Shown here: one piece after another, positions 46,667 through 57,465 of the stretch
How positions within the stretch are numbered: position 1 is the stretch's first letter
How the letters are laid out: every line of letters starts with the position of its first letter
Origin: Thainema sp.
Lineage (GTDB): Bacteria; Cyanobacteriota; Cyanobacteriia; Phormidesmidales; Phormidesmidaceae
Direction: 5' to 3'
DNA length: 64,000 bases
NCBI GenBank assembly: GCA_052168235.1
Contig: JBQLZK010000024.1
Location: 1-64,000 of the forward strand
The notes under the pieces: model-generated
What the model saw: the letters and a program-made list of their open reading frames with translations, nothing else
Database searches by the model: none
Told to the model about the DNA's origin: nothing
Translations under genes and position numbers: made by a program

Positions 46667-49600
46667 ATGGATGGCGATATTTCATATAGCTTGACCGCAA
46701 TTGTTGGCATTATCACCTTTATCATTGGGCTAATGGTGCAGCCATCCTCAAAGCAAAAGCTCAAGGAGATTGAGGGTACGACCGAACGGTTAGAGCAGGA
46801 AAAAGAGCAGCTTACCCATAATTTGCAACAGGCAACTGACACCGTGGCCCAGCTGCAGCGCCAGATCGAAAACGTGTCTCAAGAGCGCCAAACCCTACAA
46901 GAGGCGATGGACTTGACTCGCAATGTGGTGACCGCCTTAGAGCAACAAGTTAGCGAGGCCAACCAGGCCAAAGAGCAGCTTGAAGCCACTTTAGGTGAGC
47001 AAAACACAGACGCCGATACACTGCAAACCCGATTAAAGGATCTCACCGAGCAAAATGCACAGTTAGAAGAGCAGTTAAATGAAACACTGCGCGATCGCAA
47101 TTCTCTAGTTGAAACCCTACAGCAGCAGCTTGAGGATCTTAGTCAAGCGAATGAAGCACTCCAGCGTGAAGACGGACAAGATGCCGCAGCGAATGAAGCG
47201 CTACAGCAGGCCCTAGATGAGGCACAAGCAACCGCACAAGCATTGGAACAGCAGGTCAATAGCCTCACCCAGGAAAATGCCACCATGCAGGAAACCGTGA
47301 CGCTGGCTCAGCAAACGGTACAGGCACTAGAACAACAGATCAGTGAACTGTCCCAAGACAAGACGACGCTGGAAGAGGCAATGACGCTGGCCCAGCAAAC
47401 CGCGCAGTCGCTGCAAGAGCAGGTAGATGACTTGAGTCGTCACCGCAGCGCCCTAGAGAAGTTGTTGGAAGATGCCCAGAAGTCAGTTGAAGCTCTGCAC
47501 CAACGAGCAGAACGCTTAGAAGAGCAGAAGGCTGCACTGGAGCAGGAGTTTCGACAAGAGAATACGTCCTCCGAACAATTGCAGGCTGAAATTCAAGCAC
47601 TCACAGCCACCCAGATGCAGCTGACAGAAGAACTCGAAACGGCTCAGGCCCAAATTGCCGCACTTCAACCCCAGATGGCCGCACTGAATCAAGATAAGCG
47701 GACGCTGTCTGAGGCACTGCAGATTGCAGAAGCCAGTGTGAGATCGCTGGAGCAGCAGCAGCTTGAGTTGGAACAGGCCACTGCGGCTGAAACCACCTCC
47801 AGCCAGGAAATTCAGGCTCAAATCAATGGGCTGAACCAAGAGCGATCGCAACTGCTGGCGGATCTCAATACGGCGCAACAGACAATTCAATCGCTCCAGC
47901 CCCAAATTGAATCGCTGACCAGCGACCGACAAACATTGGAAGAAGCCCTAAATCTGGCCCAGCAAACCGTCACTGCTCTAGAACAGCAAATCACGGAGCT
48001 ATCATCCGCAGGGCAACGAGATGTAGATGAAGCGCTGGAGCAGGAGCGCCAGTCAGCAGCCGAGTTGCGGCAGCAAATTGCCGCTCTAGAGCAGCAGCGA
48101 CAGCAACTTGAAACCCAATTTCAGACGCAGCAAACCTCCGCTGCTGATCTGCGTAACCAGGTGCAAACGCTCAATCACGAAAAAGAGCGGCTGGCTGAAC
48201 AGCTCAGCGACAAGGAAAGCGCGATCGCAACTCTGCAAACCCAGTTGAAAACCGCTGAACAACAGCAAATTCGGCTAAAAGAACTTGAAACAGAGCTAGA
48301 ACAGGAGCGTACATCAGCGACGATCCTGCAAGAACAGATTGCGCAGCTCACTCAGGATAGTGATGATTTACTAGAAGAGCTAGAGGCTAAAGAAATTGCC
48401 ATTGCAGGACTACAGGCGCAACTGCGAGATGCATCGAGCCATGCCGATCGCCTGACCGAGCTTGAAGCCGAACTGGCCCAGGAGCGCACCGCAAAACAAA
48501 CGCTCCAGCAAGAATTCAATCAGATTCGAGATCGCAATGCCAGCCTGACCCGCGACCTAGAAGAACAGGAAGGTGCGATCGCAGTCTTACAAACCCAGCT
48601 TCAACAGGCAGAACAGCAGGAATCACGCCTATTAGAACTAGAGACCGAGCTAGACGCTGCCCAAGCCCAATCTACAGCGCTTCAGCAGCAAATTGACACC
48701 TTGACCCAGGAAAAAGACCAACTTGCGGCAGATCTTGACGAAAAAGAAGCTGCGATCGCAGTTCTGCAAACCCAGGTGGAATCACAATCTGCCGCCGCAG
48801 ATGCCCAGGCCAAACTCGAAGAACTCACCGCTCAACTGCACAGTGAGCAGGACACGGTACAAGACCTACGGCAGCAAATTCAGAATCTAGCTGCCGAAAA
48901 AGATGAGTTAGCCGCTCAACTGGCTGAGCGAGAAACGATTATCACCGAACTGGAACAAGCCTCAATGCCCAGTACGGATGGTGCCGACTGGCAAACTCAA
49001 ATCGACGAGCTAGAAATTGCACTGCAGCAGGAACAAGATGCGGCCAGTACTCTAAGACAGCAGCTGACGGAGCTGACGCAGATCAATGAGCAACTTCAGG
49101 CAGACTTAGCAACCGTTGAAACGCAATCCAGCCGTACCACCGAGGATCTACAGACCCAAGTCGATGAGCTGACCCAGCAAAAGCAGCAGTTGGAAAAGGC
49201 GCTGCAAGAATCGCAATCAACTGTTGATTCACTCGACGCTCTTGTCCGCGACCTCAGTCAGGATCGCGAACATCTCGAACAGGAAACCGAAAATGCTCAA
49301 ACTGCGATCGCGCCGCTGCAAGCTGAAATTGAACGACTTGAACAGCAGCTTGCTCTGGTCACCTCGACAGAATCTGAGGTAGATACGGCTGAACTGGAAG
49401 ACCAAATTGCTGCTCTCCAGCAGGAACGGGATGAACTTCAGACGAATCTGCGATCGCTGCAAGATAATTTGGCAGCGGTGCAAAGCCGACTGAGTGAACT
49501 CCAGCAGGAGAACTCGCAGCTTAACTCGCAACTGGCAGAGGCACTGAATACCGCAATCGATACCACTGATTTAGAACGTGAACTCCAACAGCTACAGCAG

Positions 49601-50959
49601 GAACGGGAGCGACTCACCCAGGAACTTCAAGACGCCCAAACCACTGCGCAAACGTCACTCGACGAGCTACAAGCCCAGCTACAAACTCTAAAGCAGCAAA
49701 ATGCCGAACTAACCACCGCATTGGAGCAAGCGGCTGACACGGACGAACTAGAAATTCAACTCATATCCCTGACGCAAGAACGCGATCAGCTCGAGCAAGA
49801 ACTCCAGACCAGTCAGGACACCCTCAAGGATTTGCAAAGCCAGATTAGCGATCTGGAGCATCAAAATGAAAACTTATCCCTATCGCTGGAACAAGCCGCT
49901 GATACAAGTGAATTTGAGTCCCAAATCGAAGCACTGCATGAAGAACGGCAGCAGCTTACCCAAGATTTACAAGCTGCTCAGGATACTTCGGCAACATTAG
50001 AACAGCAGATTCAGGCTTTGCAGCAACAACTCCAAACCTTGCAGCAGCAAAACGCTGAACTCGACGATATGCTGCAAGCGATGGAAGATCCAACCGAGCT
50101 GGAAGCGCAAATCGAACAATTGACCCAGGAACGCGATCGCACTCGTCAGGATCTCAACACCCTGCAGGAAACCGTCATTAGCCTACAGACGCAAATCGAC
50201 CAGCTTACCCAAGAGCGACAGCAGTTTAGCCAGCAAGTTCAGACGGCTGAACAGACAATTAGTGAGTTGCGATCGCAAATTGCATCCCTAGAACAGTCCG
50301 CTCAAGCTGTGTCTGGCACTGATGCCGATTTAAAAGAAACTTTAGAGGCACTAACCGCTGAACGGCAGCAGCTTGAACAAGCATTAGAACAAACCCAGAC
50401 AACGGTTCAGTCTCTCGAAACTCAGGTGCAAAAACTCACAGGCGAAAAACGCACCCTGGAAGAAGCAATGAAAATGGCCCAGGAAGTTGTTGGCAGCTTG
50501 CAGCAGCAAATCGCCGCATTAGCTCAAGAAAATGAGCAATTAAGCGCTCAGTCATCGACTGTCCAAAATCAACCTCAATACCAACCATCTCCACCATCAG
50601 CTAGTCCTGCTTCCCCACCAGCAGAGGAAAAATCGGCTACGCCAGAAATCCCTGCGGCACCATCGGCTGAATCACCTGAGCCAGGAGAATTACTCTCTGA
50701 AGATGCCGCTGCAAATTCATCCCTAGAAGACAAAACTATCGTGATTACAGGTACATTCAAAGGAATTGACGTCAACAAATTACGCGACATGGTGCAAGCC
50801 GCAGGTGCCCGCATCACCAGTATGCCCAGTGCTCAAACAGACTACATTGTGGTTGGCGACAACCCCAGCGGTAACAAGCTCGCCAAAGCCGAAAAGGTAG
50901 GAGTGCCGCAAATATCTGAGGATCAGTTATTTGCGATGCTCGGCATCTCAGAACTGTAG
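46667..50959 (+). CDS. Membrane-anchored giant coiled-coil protein with a C-terminal BRCT domain
   Basis: N-terminal TM, ~1270 aa of Q/E/L heptads, Pro-rich linker, BRCT motifs KTIVITG...GA...TDYIVVG...KLAKA..GV..ISE. Confidence 0.85.
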   Translation: MDGDISYSLTAIVGIITFIIGLMVQPSSKQKLKEIEGTTERLEQEKEQLTHNLQQATDTVAQLQRQIENVSQERQTLQEAMDLTRNVVTALEQQVSEANQAKEQLEATLGEQNTDADTLQTRLKDLTEQNAQLEEQLNETLRDRNSLVETLQQQLEDLSQANEALQREDGQDAAANEALQQALDEAQATAQALEQQVNSLTQENATMQETVTLAQQTVQALEQQISELSQDKTTLEEAMTLAQQTAQSLQEQVDDLSRHRSALEKLLEDAQKSVEALHQRAERLEEQKAALEQEFRQENTSSEQLQAEIQALTATQMQLTEELETAQAQIAALQPQMAALNQDKRTLSEALQIAEASVRSLEQQQLELEQATAAETTSSQEIQAQINGLNQERSQLLADLNTAQQTIQSLQPQIESLTSDRQTLEEALNLAQQTVTALEQQITELSSAGQRDVDEALEQERQSAAELRQQIAALEQQRQQLETQFQTQQTSAADLRNQVQTLNHEKERLAEQLSDKESAIATLQTQLKTAEQQQIRLKELETELEQERTSATILQEQIAQLTQDSDDLLEELEAKEIAIAGLQAQLRDASSHADRLTELEAELAQERTAKQTLQQEFNQIRDRNASLTRDLEEQEGAIAVLQTQLQQAEQQESRLLELETELDAAQAQSTALQQQIDTLTQEKDQLAADLDEKEAAIAVLQTQVESQSAAADAQAKLEELTAQLHSEQDTVQDLRQQIQNLAAEKDELAAQLAERETIITELEQASMPSTDGADWQTQIDELEIALQQEQDAASTLRQQLTELTQINEQLQADLATVETQSSRTTEDLQTQVDELTQQKQQLEKALQESQSTVDSLDALVRDLSQDREHLEQETENAQTAIAPLQAEIERLEQQLALVTSTESEVDTAELEDQIAALQQERDELQTNLRSLQDNLAAVQSRLSELQQENSQLNSQLAEALNTAIDTTDLERELQQLQQERERLTQELQDAQTTAQTSLDELQAQLQTLKQQNAELTTALEQAADTDELEIQLISLTQERDQLEQELQTSQDTLKDLQSQISDLEHQNENLSLSLEQAADTSEFESQIEALHEERQQLTQDLQAAQDTSATLEQQIQALQQQLQTLQQQNAELDDMLQAMEDPTELEAQIEQLTQERDRTRQDLNTLQETVISLQTQIDQLTQERQQFSQQVQTAEQTISELRSQIASLEQSAQAVSGTDADLKETLEALTAERQQLEQALEQTQTTVQSLETQVQKLTGEKRTLEEAMKMAQEVVGSLQQQIAALAQENEQLSAQSSTVQNQPQYQPSPPSASPASPPAEEKSATPEIPAAPSAESPEPGELLSEDAAANSSLEDKTIVITGTFKGIDVNKLRDMVQAAGARITSMPSAQTDYIVVGDNPSGNKLAKAEKVGVPQISEDQLFAMLGISEL

Positions 50960-51007
50960 TTCTATGTAGAGATAGCCGCCTTGGGCGAGCACCGCTGTTT
51001 CACTGGG

Positions 51008-51036
51008 GTAGGGATACGGCCAATGCCGTGTCCCTA
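51008..51036. repeat. REP-type palindrome (GTAG class)
   Basis: GTAGGGATACGGC-CAAT-GCCGTGTCCCTA. Confidence 0.65.
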
Positions 51037-51362
51037 AGAATGGAGCGGTTTACAGGCTATTTAATCCACAATTCTGAGTGCTGTAGCTTGCTCATGCGTA
51101 GCGATGGCCTGAGTACTGAGAACTTATCCGAATACCCCGATCTGGCTACGACGCATTAGGGGTTTGAGAGGGTTTCTAGATAGGCTCTGAGTGGTAAGAA
51201 TATGCCTTGCGCTCATCTCTTTAAGCGGCAAAAGTTCTAAGATCCTCTGCCCCCCTGCTCCCGCTCCCCTTAAGCCTTTTTACTCCTGCCCTCCTCTCGC
51301 TTCACTTACCTCAGTGCCACCACAGTCCAAAAGAACAGTAATTGACTAACGCTATACACAAC

Positions 51363-51393
51363 AAAAAAGCGCCTTCCTCAGGGAAGGCGCTTT
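51363..51393 (-). terminator. psbA intrinsic terminator
   Basis: GCGCCTTCC stem followed by TTTTTT on the minus strand, just after the stop codon. Confidence 0.85.
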
Positions 51394-51428
51394 CCGCTAG
51401 TTTCTGAGAGCTAGCCGACTAAGCAAGC

Positions 51429-52511
51429 TTAGCCGTTGATTGCGGGGGCTTGTAGAGCAACTGGAGAAACATCACTAGATGCCAAGTCAAGCGGGAAGTT
51501 GTGAGCATTGCGCTCGTGCATCACTTCCATACCCAGGTTCGCCCGGTTGATCACATCCGCCCAGGTGCCAATCACACGACCCTGAGAGTCGATGATGGAC
51601 TGGTTGAAGTTGAAGCCGTTCAGGTTGAAGGCCATCGTGCTGATGCCCAACGCCGTGAACCAGATGCCCACCACGGGCCATGCAGCCAAGAAGAAGTGCA
51701 AGGAGCGGCTGTTGTTGAAGCTCGCATATTGGAAGATGAGCCGACCGAAGTAGCCGTGGGCTGCCACGATGTTGTAGGTCTCTTCTTCTTGACCGAACTT
51801 GTAGCCGTAGTTCTGAGACTCGGTCTCGGTAGTCTCACGTACCAGAGAGCTGGTCACCAAAGAACCGTGCATCGCGGAGAACAAGCTGCCGCCGAATACA
51901 CCCGCCACACCGAGCATATGGAAGGGGTGCATCAGAATGTTGTGCTCAGCTTGGAACACGAACATAAAGTTGAAGGTACCGCTGATTCCCAGAGGCATAC
52001 CATCAGAGAAGGAGCCTTGGCCCAGGGGATAAATTAGGAATACTGCGAAAGCGGCAGACAGCGGAGCGCTGTAAGCTACGCAGATCCAGGGACGCATACC
52101 CAGGCGGTAGGACAACTCCCACTGACGACCCATATAGCAAGAAATGCCGAGTAAGAAGTGGAAGATAATCAGCTGGTAAGGGCCACCGTTGTACAACCAC
52201 TCATCGAGGGAAGCCGCTTCCCAGATGGGGTAAAAGTGCAGACCGATAGCGTTGGAAGAGGGAACAACTGCACCAGAGATGATGTTGTTACCGTAGATCA
52301 GAGAACCTGCAACAGGCTCACGGATACCGTCGATGTCAACGGGAGGAGCTGCGATGAACGCAATGATGAAGCAAGTGGTTGCGGTCAGCAGGGTAGGGAT
52401 CATAATCACACCAAACCAACCTACATAGAGGCGGTTATCGGTGCTGGTCACCCACTGACAAAAACGCTCCCATGCACCAGCGCGATCGCGCTGCTGTAGA
52501 GTCGTAGTCAT
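51429..52511 (-). CDS. psbA: Photosystem II D1 protein (Gln130 form)
   Basis: Canonical 360-aa D1 sequence; Mn ligands D170, E189, H332, E333, D342 and A344 present. Confidence 0.99.
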   Translation of the reverse strand: MTTTLQQRDRAGAWERFCQWVTSTDNRLYVGWFGVIMIPTLLTATTCFIIAFIAAPPVDIDGIREPVAGSLIYGNNIISGAVVPSSNAIGLHFYPIWEAASLDEWLYNGGPYQLIIFHFLLGISCYMGRQWELSYRLGMRPWICVAYSAPLSAAFAVFLIYPLGQGSFSDGMPLGISGTFNFMFVFQAEHNILMHPFHMLGVAGVFGGSLFSAMHGSLVTSSLVRETTETESQNYGYKFGQEEETYNIVAAHGYFGRLIFQYASFNNSRSLHFFLAAWPVVGIWFTALGISTMAFNLNGFNFNQSIIDSQGRVIGTWADVINRANLGMEVMHERNAHNFPLDLASSDVSPVALQAPAING

Positions 52512-53307
52512 AGTAAATAATGCCAGTGAAAATACTACAGATGGTTAAAGATTACAGAGCAGTAAAAATAATTACTCTGTTGTTGCTCAATATGAAACTA
52601 ACCTTGCAAAATGTCTAGATATGCGCATTATTTCTTTGCCTACCTAAATATTTTGTTACAAATAGATTTGCGTCGCGCAAGATTGTTGTTTAGCAGCATT
52701 TACAGCATCTATTGTAGCGAAAATGAAGCAAAAAAGTGATCGATTTAACAGTCTTAAAGTCATTGTAATTGAGCGGATCAAATTTGAGGATTTGGATAAA
52801 AGTGAATCACAGAAGCATCGCTATGACAGGGTTGAACGGACACTGAAAAGGTGCGATCGCACAATGCTAAAACCACCTTGAGGCAATCAAACTCCAAATT
52901 CATTCTGTCAAGTCAATCGACAAACAAATACATTAAAATTTACAGGACACAACATTATTTACATTTGTATACGGAAAATTCAATTCCCACTCTCATGGCT
53001 TTGTTTGTCAGTCTTGAGATTCTTTTAGACTGCTGTCAAAATCATTAACCTAGTCTTAAGGCATCGTGTGACTGGGTCATCCGAAAGACATGCTGTAAAA
53101 AGCCATCATGGTAAGACAGCTGCAGAAATAGTGAGAATGCCCCGACCCCAAATCTCTTTGTTTACTTTTTGTTTGCCCCAAGCTTAATCCAGATGAATTT
53201 GTTAAGCATCTGTTAAGCATTGCTTCAACTGCCCTTGGCTTCCTAGCAGAGGCTCCTCGATTCGCCTAAATTATCAAAAATACTTTTTTATATACGAGAG
53301 TTGTTTC

Positions 53308-54186
53308 ATGCCTTGGTCTCGCATCCTTAGCGGAATTGTCGCCATCGTTTTTGCCCTTGGAATTGTGATCACTGGGGGCTGGTACTTTACGGCTGGTTTC
53401 GGCATCATCATTTATCTGGGGCAGCAAGAAATTTTTGAGATGGTGCGGGCTAAAGGCATTGCCCCAGCGGCCAAGACCACGCTGGTAGTCAGCCAAATCT
53501 TGCTGATCGTTTCAACATTATCGCCGGATTTGGCCGATGCGATTTTTCCGGTGGCTGGAACCGCTATCTGCTTTTATCTGCTCTTTCAACCCAACTTTGC
53601 CACGATTGCTGATATAGCAGCGTCCGTATTGGGTTTATTCTACGGTGGCTATCTGCCGAGTTACTGGGTCAGACTGCGCGCATTGGGCAGCGTCGAAAGC
53701 GCCAATCTGCCGCTGGACGGTTTCTGGCCAGAACAGTGGTCAGACTGGCTTGATATTCAACATCTGCCCCAGGGCTTAATGGTGACGCTGATTGCATTTG
53801 GCTGTATTTGGGCGGCGGATATTGGTGCATATATCTTTGGCAAACTGTTTGGCCGCACTCGTCTCTCAGATATTAGCCCTAAGAAAACGGTCGAAGGGGC
53901 CGTTTTTGGCGTAGCAGGTAGCGTCACAATTGCCGTTTTGGGAGCCTGGGGACTCGGCTGGCCGATTTGGCCGCTGACGGGCGTGGCACTCGGTTTAATT
54001 ATTGGATTAGCCAGTTTGCTCGGTGACTTAACTGAATCGATGATGAAGCGAGATGCAGGCGTGAAAGATTCCGGCCAGTTAATTCCAGGACACGGTGGCA
54101 TCTTAGACCGGGCTGATAGCTATGTCTTCACAGCACCGCTAGTGTTCTATTTCGTGACGCTGTTTTTGCCAATTGTGCCGCACTGA
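53308..54186 (+). CDS. cdsA: Phosphatidate cytidylyltransferase
   Basis: SPKKTVEG and GDLTESMMKRDAGVKDSGQLIPGHGGILDRADS motifs. Confidence 0.95.
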   Translation: MPWSRILSGIVAIVFALGIVITGGWYFTAGFGIIIYLGQQEIFEMVRAKGIAPAAKTTLVVSQILLIVSTLSPDLADAIFPVAGTAICFYLLFQPNFATIADIAASVLGLFYGGYLPSYWVRLRALGSVESANLPLDGFWPEQWSDWLDIQHLPQGLMVTLIAFGCIWAADIGAYIFGKLFGRTRLSDISPKKTVEGAVFGVAGSVTIAVLGAWGLGWPIWPLTGVALGLIIGLASLLGDLTESMMKRDAGVKDSGQLIPGHGGILDRADSYVFTAPLVFYFVTLFLPIVPH

Positions 54187-54239
54187 TTTGTACCAGTGTG
54201 GGCTTCAGCGATATAGATAGAGCAGTAGAACGCTAAACC

Positions 54240-54500
54240 ATGACAGATCCATCACCATCACCAGAGCAGCCGGATTCATCCAGTGAACCGTCAGTTCAAG
54301 CAGTCGTGGCGGATCTGGTAGAGCGCTATGGCGTTTCTGGACTACTACAGGGCATTTGGCAATATGCACAAAGCAAAGCAGCTCTATTCCGAGCTGTCGA
54401 TAGCGATCGCAGTTATGCTTGGGTGGGTTTAGCTCACCTGCTGAAGCAAGCATTAGATATTGCTCAGCGAATTGAAAGTGATGAAGAACGGGGTCGGTAA
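54240..54500 (+). CDS. Small hypothetical protein
   Basis: 86-aa co-oriented ATG ORF filling the cdsA-ddl gap. Confidence 0.55.
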   Translation: MTDPSPSPEQPDSSSEPSVQAVVADLVERYGVSGLLQGIWQYAQSKAALFRAVDSDRSYAWVGLAHLLKQALDIAQRIESDEERGR

Positions 54501-54559
54501 ATCGTGCTACCCTAGCTGAAATTTGGCTGCGAGTTGATGTAGGAAAAGAGGTGGGCACG

Positions 54560-55630
54560 ATGGCAACGCAAACGGTCGGACTCTTATTTGGCGGTCGTTC
54601 GGGTGAACATGAGGTATCCATTAGCTCGGCACGGGCCATTTTTGCGGCCTTGACCACTGCTCCAAATACCGAAAAATACGCTGTTGTCCCGTTTTATATT
54701 CAGAAAAACGGCGTTTGGTGTGATTCGGCCACAGCGCAACAGGTTTTGGAATCAGGCCAGCCAATTGTGACCGACACGGATCAAGCAGATGGACAACAGC
54801 TTTGGCAGTTTCCAACAGCCGTGGCTGATGTAGACGTTTGGTTTCCCATCCTGCACGGCCCCAATGGCGAAGACGGCACGATTCAGGGACTGTTTCAGCT
54901 CATGCAGGTGCCCTACGTGGGGAACGGGGTTTTGGCATCCTCAGTAGGAATGGACAAGATCGCTATGAAACAAGCCTTTGCTCAGGTTGGGCTGCCCCAA
55001 GTTGACTATGAAATCGTCACGCGTGATGAGGTTTGGTCGAATCCCTGCGTTTTTCCTAAAGTTTGCGATCGCATTGAGGCCAAACTGGACTATCCCTGCT
55101 TTGTCAAACCCGCTAATCTCGGCTCATCAGTCGGCATTTCCAAAGTGAGATCGCGCTCCGAGTTAGAAGCGGCATTGGACAGCGCTGCCAGCTACGACCG
55201 GCGGATTATTGTTGAAGCAGGCGTGACTGCGCGCGAAGTGGAGTGTGCCGTTCTCGGCAACAGCGAGCCACAGGCATCAACGCTGGGTGAGATTAGCTTT
55301 GACAGCGATTTTTACGATTACGAAACTAAGTACACAGAAGGCAGCGCTGATTTAGCGATTCCGGCCCCAGTGCCCGATGATGTCAAAGCCAAAATTCAAG
55401 AGTACGCCGTGCGCGCGTTTCAAGCCATTGATGGAGCGGGAATTGCGCGGGTTGATTTCTTCTATGTCGAAGCGACGGGCAATATACTGATTAATGAAAT
55501 CAACACCATGCCCGGATTTACCTCGACGAGCATGTATCCGATGCTGTGGAAAGCCAGCGGTATTGACTTTGTAGAACTCGTGGATCGACTAGTTCAGCTT
55601 GGGCTGGAGCGAATGCAGCCAAAACCTTGA
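54560..55630 (+). CDS. ddl: D-alanine--D-alanine ligase
   Basis: [34 protein letters not shown] and [10 protein letters not shown] motifs. Confidence 0.96.
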   Translation: MATQTVGLLFGGRSGEHEVSISSARAIFAALTTAPNTEKYAVVPFYIQKNGVWCDSATAQQVLESGQPIVTDTDQADGQQLWQFPTAVADVDVWFPILHGPNGEDGTIQGLFQLMQVPYVGNGVLASSVGMDKIAMKQAFAQVGLPQVDYEIVTRDEVWSNPCVFPKVCDRIEAKLDYPCFVKPANLGSSVGISKVRSRSELEAALDSAASYDRRIIVEAGVTAREVECAVLGNSEPQASTLGEISFDSDFYDYETKYTEGSADLAIPAPVPDDVKAKIQEYAVRAFQAIDGAGIARVDFFYVEATGNILINEINTMPGFTSTSMYPMLWKASGIDFVELVDRLVQLGLERMQPKP

Positions 55631-55667
55631 AATTAAATCTGGCGGCCAAAATCAAATAGACGGAAAG

Positions 55668-55697
55668 AGGGCACAGTAGCGCTGCTGCCCTTTTTTT
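55668..55697 (+). terminator. Intrinsic terminator after ddl
   Basis: AGGGCA...TGCCCT hairpin followed by a T run. Confidence 0.65.
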
Positions 55698-55885
55698 GTT
55701 GCAAAGCGATATAGCGATATATAGCAATAGCAGTATCAGCATCAGCATCAGCGCCACTAAATTCAGTCAAGCAGAAACAGAAATGCATAAACCGCTACAT
55801 TTGTGAATATTTTATTAGCAATTCTTTGAAATCTATTAGCATTGTTGTTACATTGCAGGGGTACTCCTCACACCTCAGTTACTCC

Positions 55886-56263
55886 ATGAGCAACTTTCTA
55901 CGGATTTTTCCGATCCCGGCACCCTTCAAACCCAAATCGCGGGTTTACGATCTCAAATCGCGCCTCGACTGGGGTGAACCTGCGCTCACGATTATTGATG
56001 TTTCCAACCGCGAATCATTTAACTATTGCCATATTCGAGGCGCGATTCATCTGCCGATGGACTCATTGGCGGCGCAGGCTCGGCTCAGTTTAGAGCTTAA
56101 TCGAGATATTTATGTATACGGCGAAACCGATGATGAGACGGCGATCGCAGCCCAGGCACTGCGGGCTGCAGGCTTCCAAAATGTGGCGGAGATCATCGGT
56201 GGCCTGGGTGCATGGAAGGCAGTAGGCTTTCCAGTGGAATCGACAACTGCGATCGCAGTCTAG
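55886..56263 (+). CDS. Rhodanese-like domain protein
   Basis: IIDV, HIRGA and GGLGAW motifs; the active-site position reads YG, so it is likely non-catalytic. Confidence 0.85.
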   Translation: MSNFLRIFPIPAPFKPKSRVYDLKSRLDWGEPALTIIDVSNRESFNYCHIRGAIHLPMDSLAAQARLSLELNRDIYVYGETDDETAIAAQALRAAGFQNVAEIIGGLGAWKAVGFPVESTTAIAV

Positions 56264-56568
56264 AAATACATGTAGTGAACGCAACAGTTACAGCTTGCGA
56301 TCGCAGCTTAAATTAACTTCAGGTTTGCCTATATAACTTGGCAATCCTTAATCCTGGTGAATCACTGCAAGTCTTGTCCTCGATTGGGCAAGGCTTTTTT
56401 GTTGTGCGGATTAACGCTGACAGGCCACATAATATTCCGTAGCTATTCCCCTTTTTGAGGACACCCCACCAGCGTTCCGTGAAGTTCACCTTGGCAAACG
56501 TCCAGCAAAACGCGAGAATAAAGATCGTGCCACACATGCTCTTATATAAAAATTGATCAGACTTGCCC

Positions 56569-57327
56569 GTGAATACTGACGTTCGTACTGTTTCAGATAC
56601 CAAGCGCTCCTTCTACGCCCACCATAAGCGTCCGATCAATTCCATCTATCGTCGGGTAGTGGAAGAGATGATGGTGGAAATGCACCTGCTTTCTGTAAAT
56701 GTCGATTTCAAATACGATCCCATTTACGCTCTAGGTGTGGTTACAACCTTTGACCGCTTCATGCAGGGCTACATCCCTGAGCAAGATAAGACCTCTATCT
56801 TTAACGCTCTGTGCCAATCTGTGGAAGTGAGTCCAGAGCAATACCGACAGGACGCAGCCCAATTGGCTGCCAGTGTAGAAGGCCTGTCCCTCGATGAATT
56901 TAAACGTCAACTACCGGGAGCAGAAGGGGCTGGCTCTGGCGCACTAGGCGGCTATTTTCAAACTATTGCCAACGACCCAAACTACAAATACAGCCGACTG
57001 CTGGCAATTGGCCTATACACTCTACTCGAAAAGGTTGCTCCAGAGGCGATTGCAGACGATGGTAAGCGTAAAGAACTCATCACGCAGGTCTGCACGGCCA
57101 TCGGCTTTAGCGACGAGAAAATGCAGAAGGATCTAGACCTGTATCGCAGCAACCTGGAGAAGATCTCGCAGGCCCAAGAAGTGATGAAAGATATCTTGGA
57201 AGCCAGCCGCAAACAGCGCGAAGAGCGGGGTAAGCGCCTTCAGGAAAAGCAAACTAGCGATGGTGAAACGGGTGCTGTTTCTGACAGCACATCCGAAAAC
57301 ACGCCCGAGTCCACTGAGGCAAATTAG
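56569..57327 (+). CDS. psb29: Photosystem II biogenesis protein Psb29/Thf1
   Basis: RTVSDTKR.F...RPINSIYRRVVEE, YSRL.AIGL and KDLDLYRSNLEK motifs. Confidence 0.95.
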   Translation: MNTDVRTVSDTKRSFYAHHKRPINSIYRRVVEEMMVEMHLLSVNVDFKYDPIYALGVVTTFDRFMQGYIPEQDKTSIFNALCQSVEVSPEQYRQDAAQLAASVEGLSLDEFKRQLPGAEGAGSGALGGYFQTIANDPNYKYSRLLAIGLYTLLEKVAPEAIADDGKRKELITQVCTAIGFSDEKMQKDLDLYRSNLEKISQAQEVMKDILEASRKQREERGKRLQEKQTSDGETGAVSDSTSENTPESTEAN

Positions 57328-57379
57328 ACATTGATACGAAATCCGCTCCTAACAACCAGGTTTAGCTGTCAGTTTTAGC

Positions 57380-57418
57380 TGTTTGTGATCGTCAGGCATG
57401 GCCTAACGATCACAAACA
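57380..57418. terminator. Hairpin between convergent psb29 and glsA
   Basis: TGTTTGTGATCGT...ACGATCACAAACA. Confidence 0.6.
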
Positions 57419-57465
57419 ATAATTCGGTTTTCTATAAACGGTCTGCGGTTTCAACAAGATCAGCG

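Noticed and set aside
51119..51188. Weak inverted ends AGAACTTATCCGAATACCC / GGGTTTCTAGATAGGCTCT
   Set aside because: Only about 13 of 19 positions match; too degenerate to call without a genome search.
55863..55873. ACTCCTCACAC, the conserved Yfr1 sRNA undecamer
   Set aside because: It lacks the two flanking stem-loops and terminator of Yfr1 and lies 12 nt before the rhodanese ATG; probably chance or a 5' UTR.
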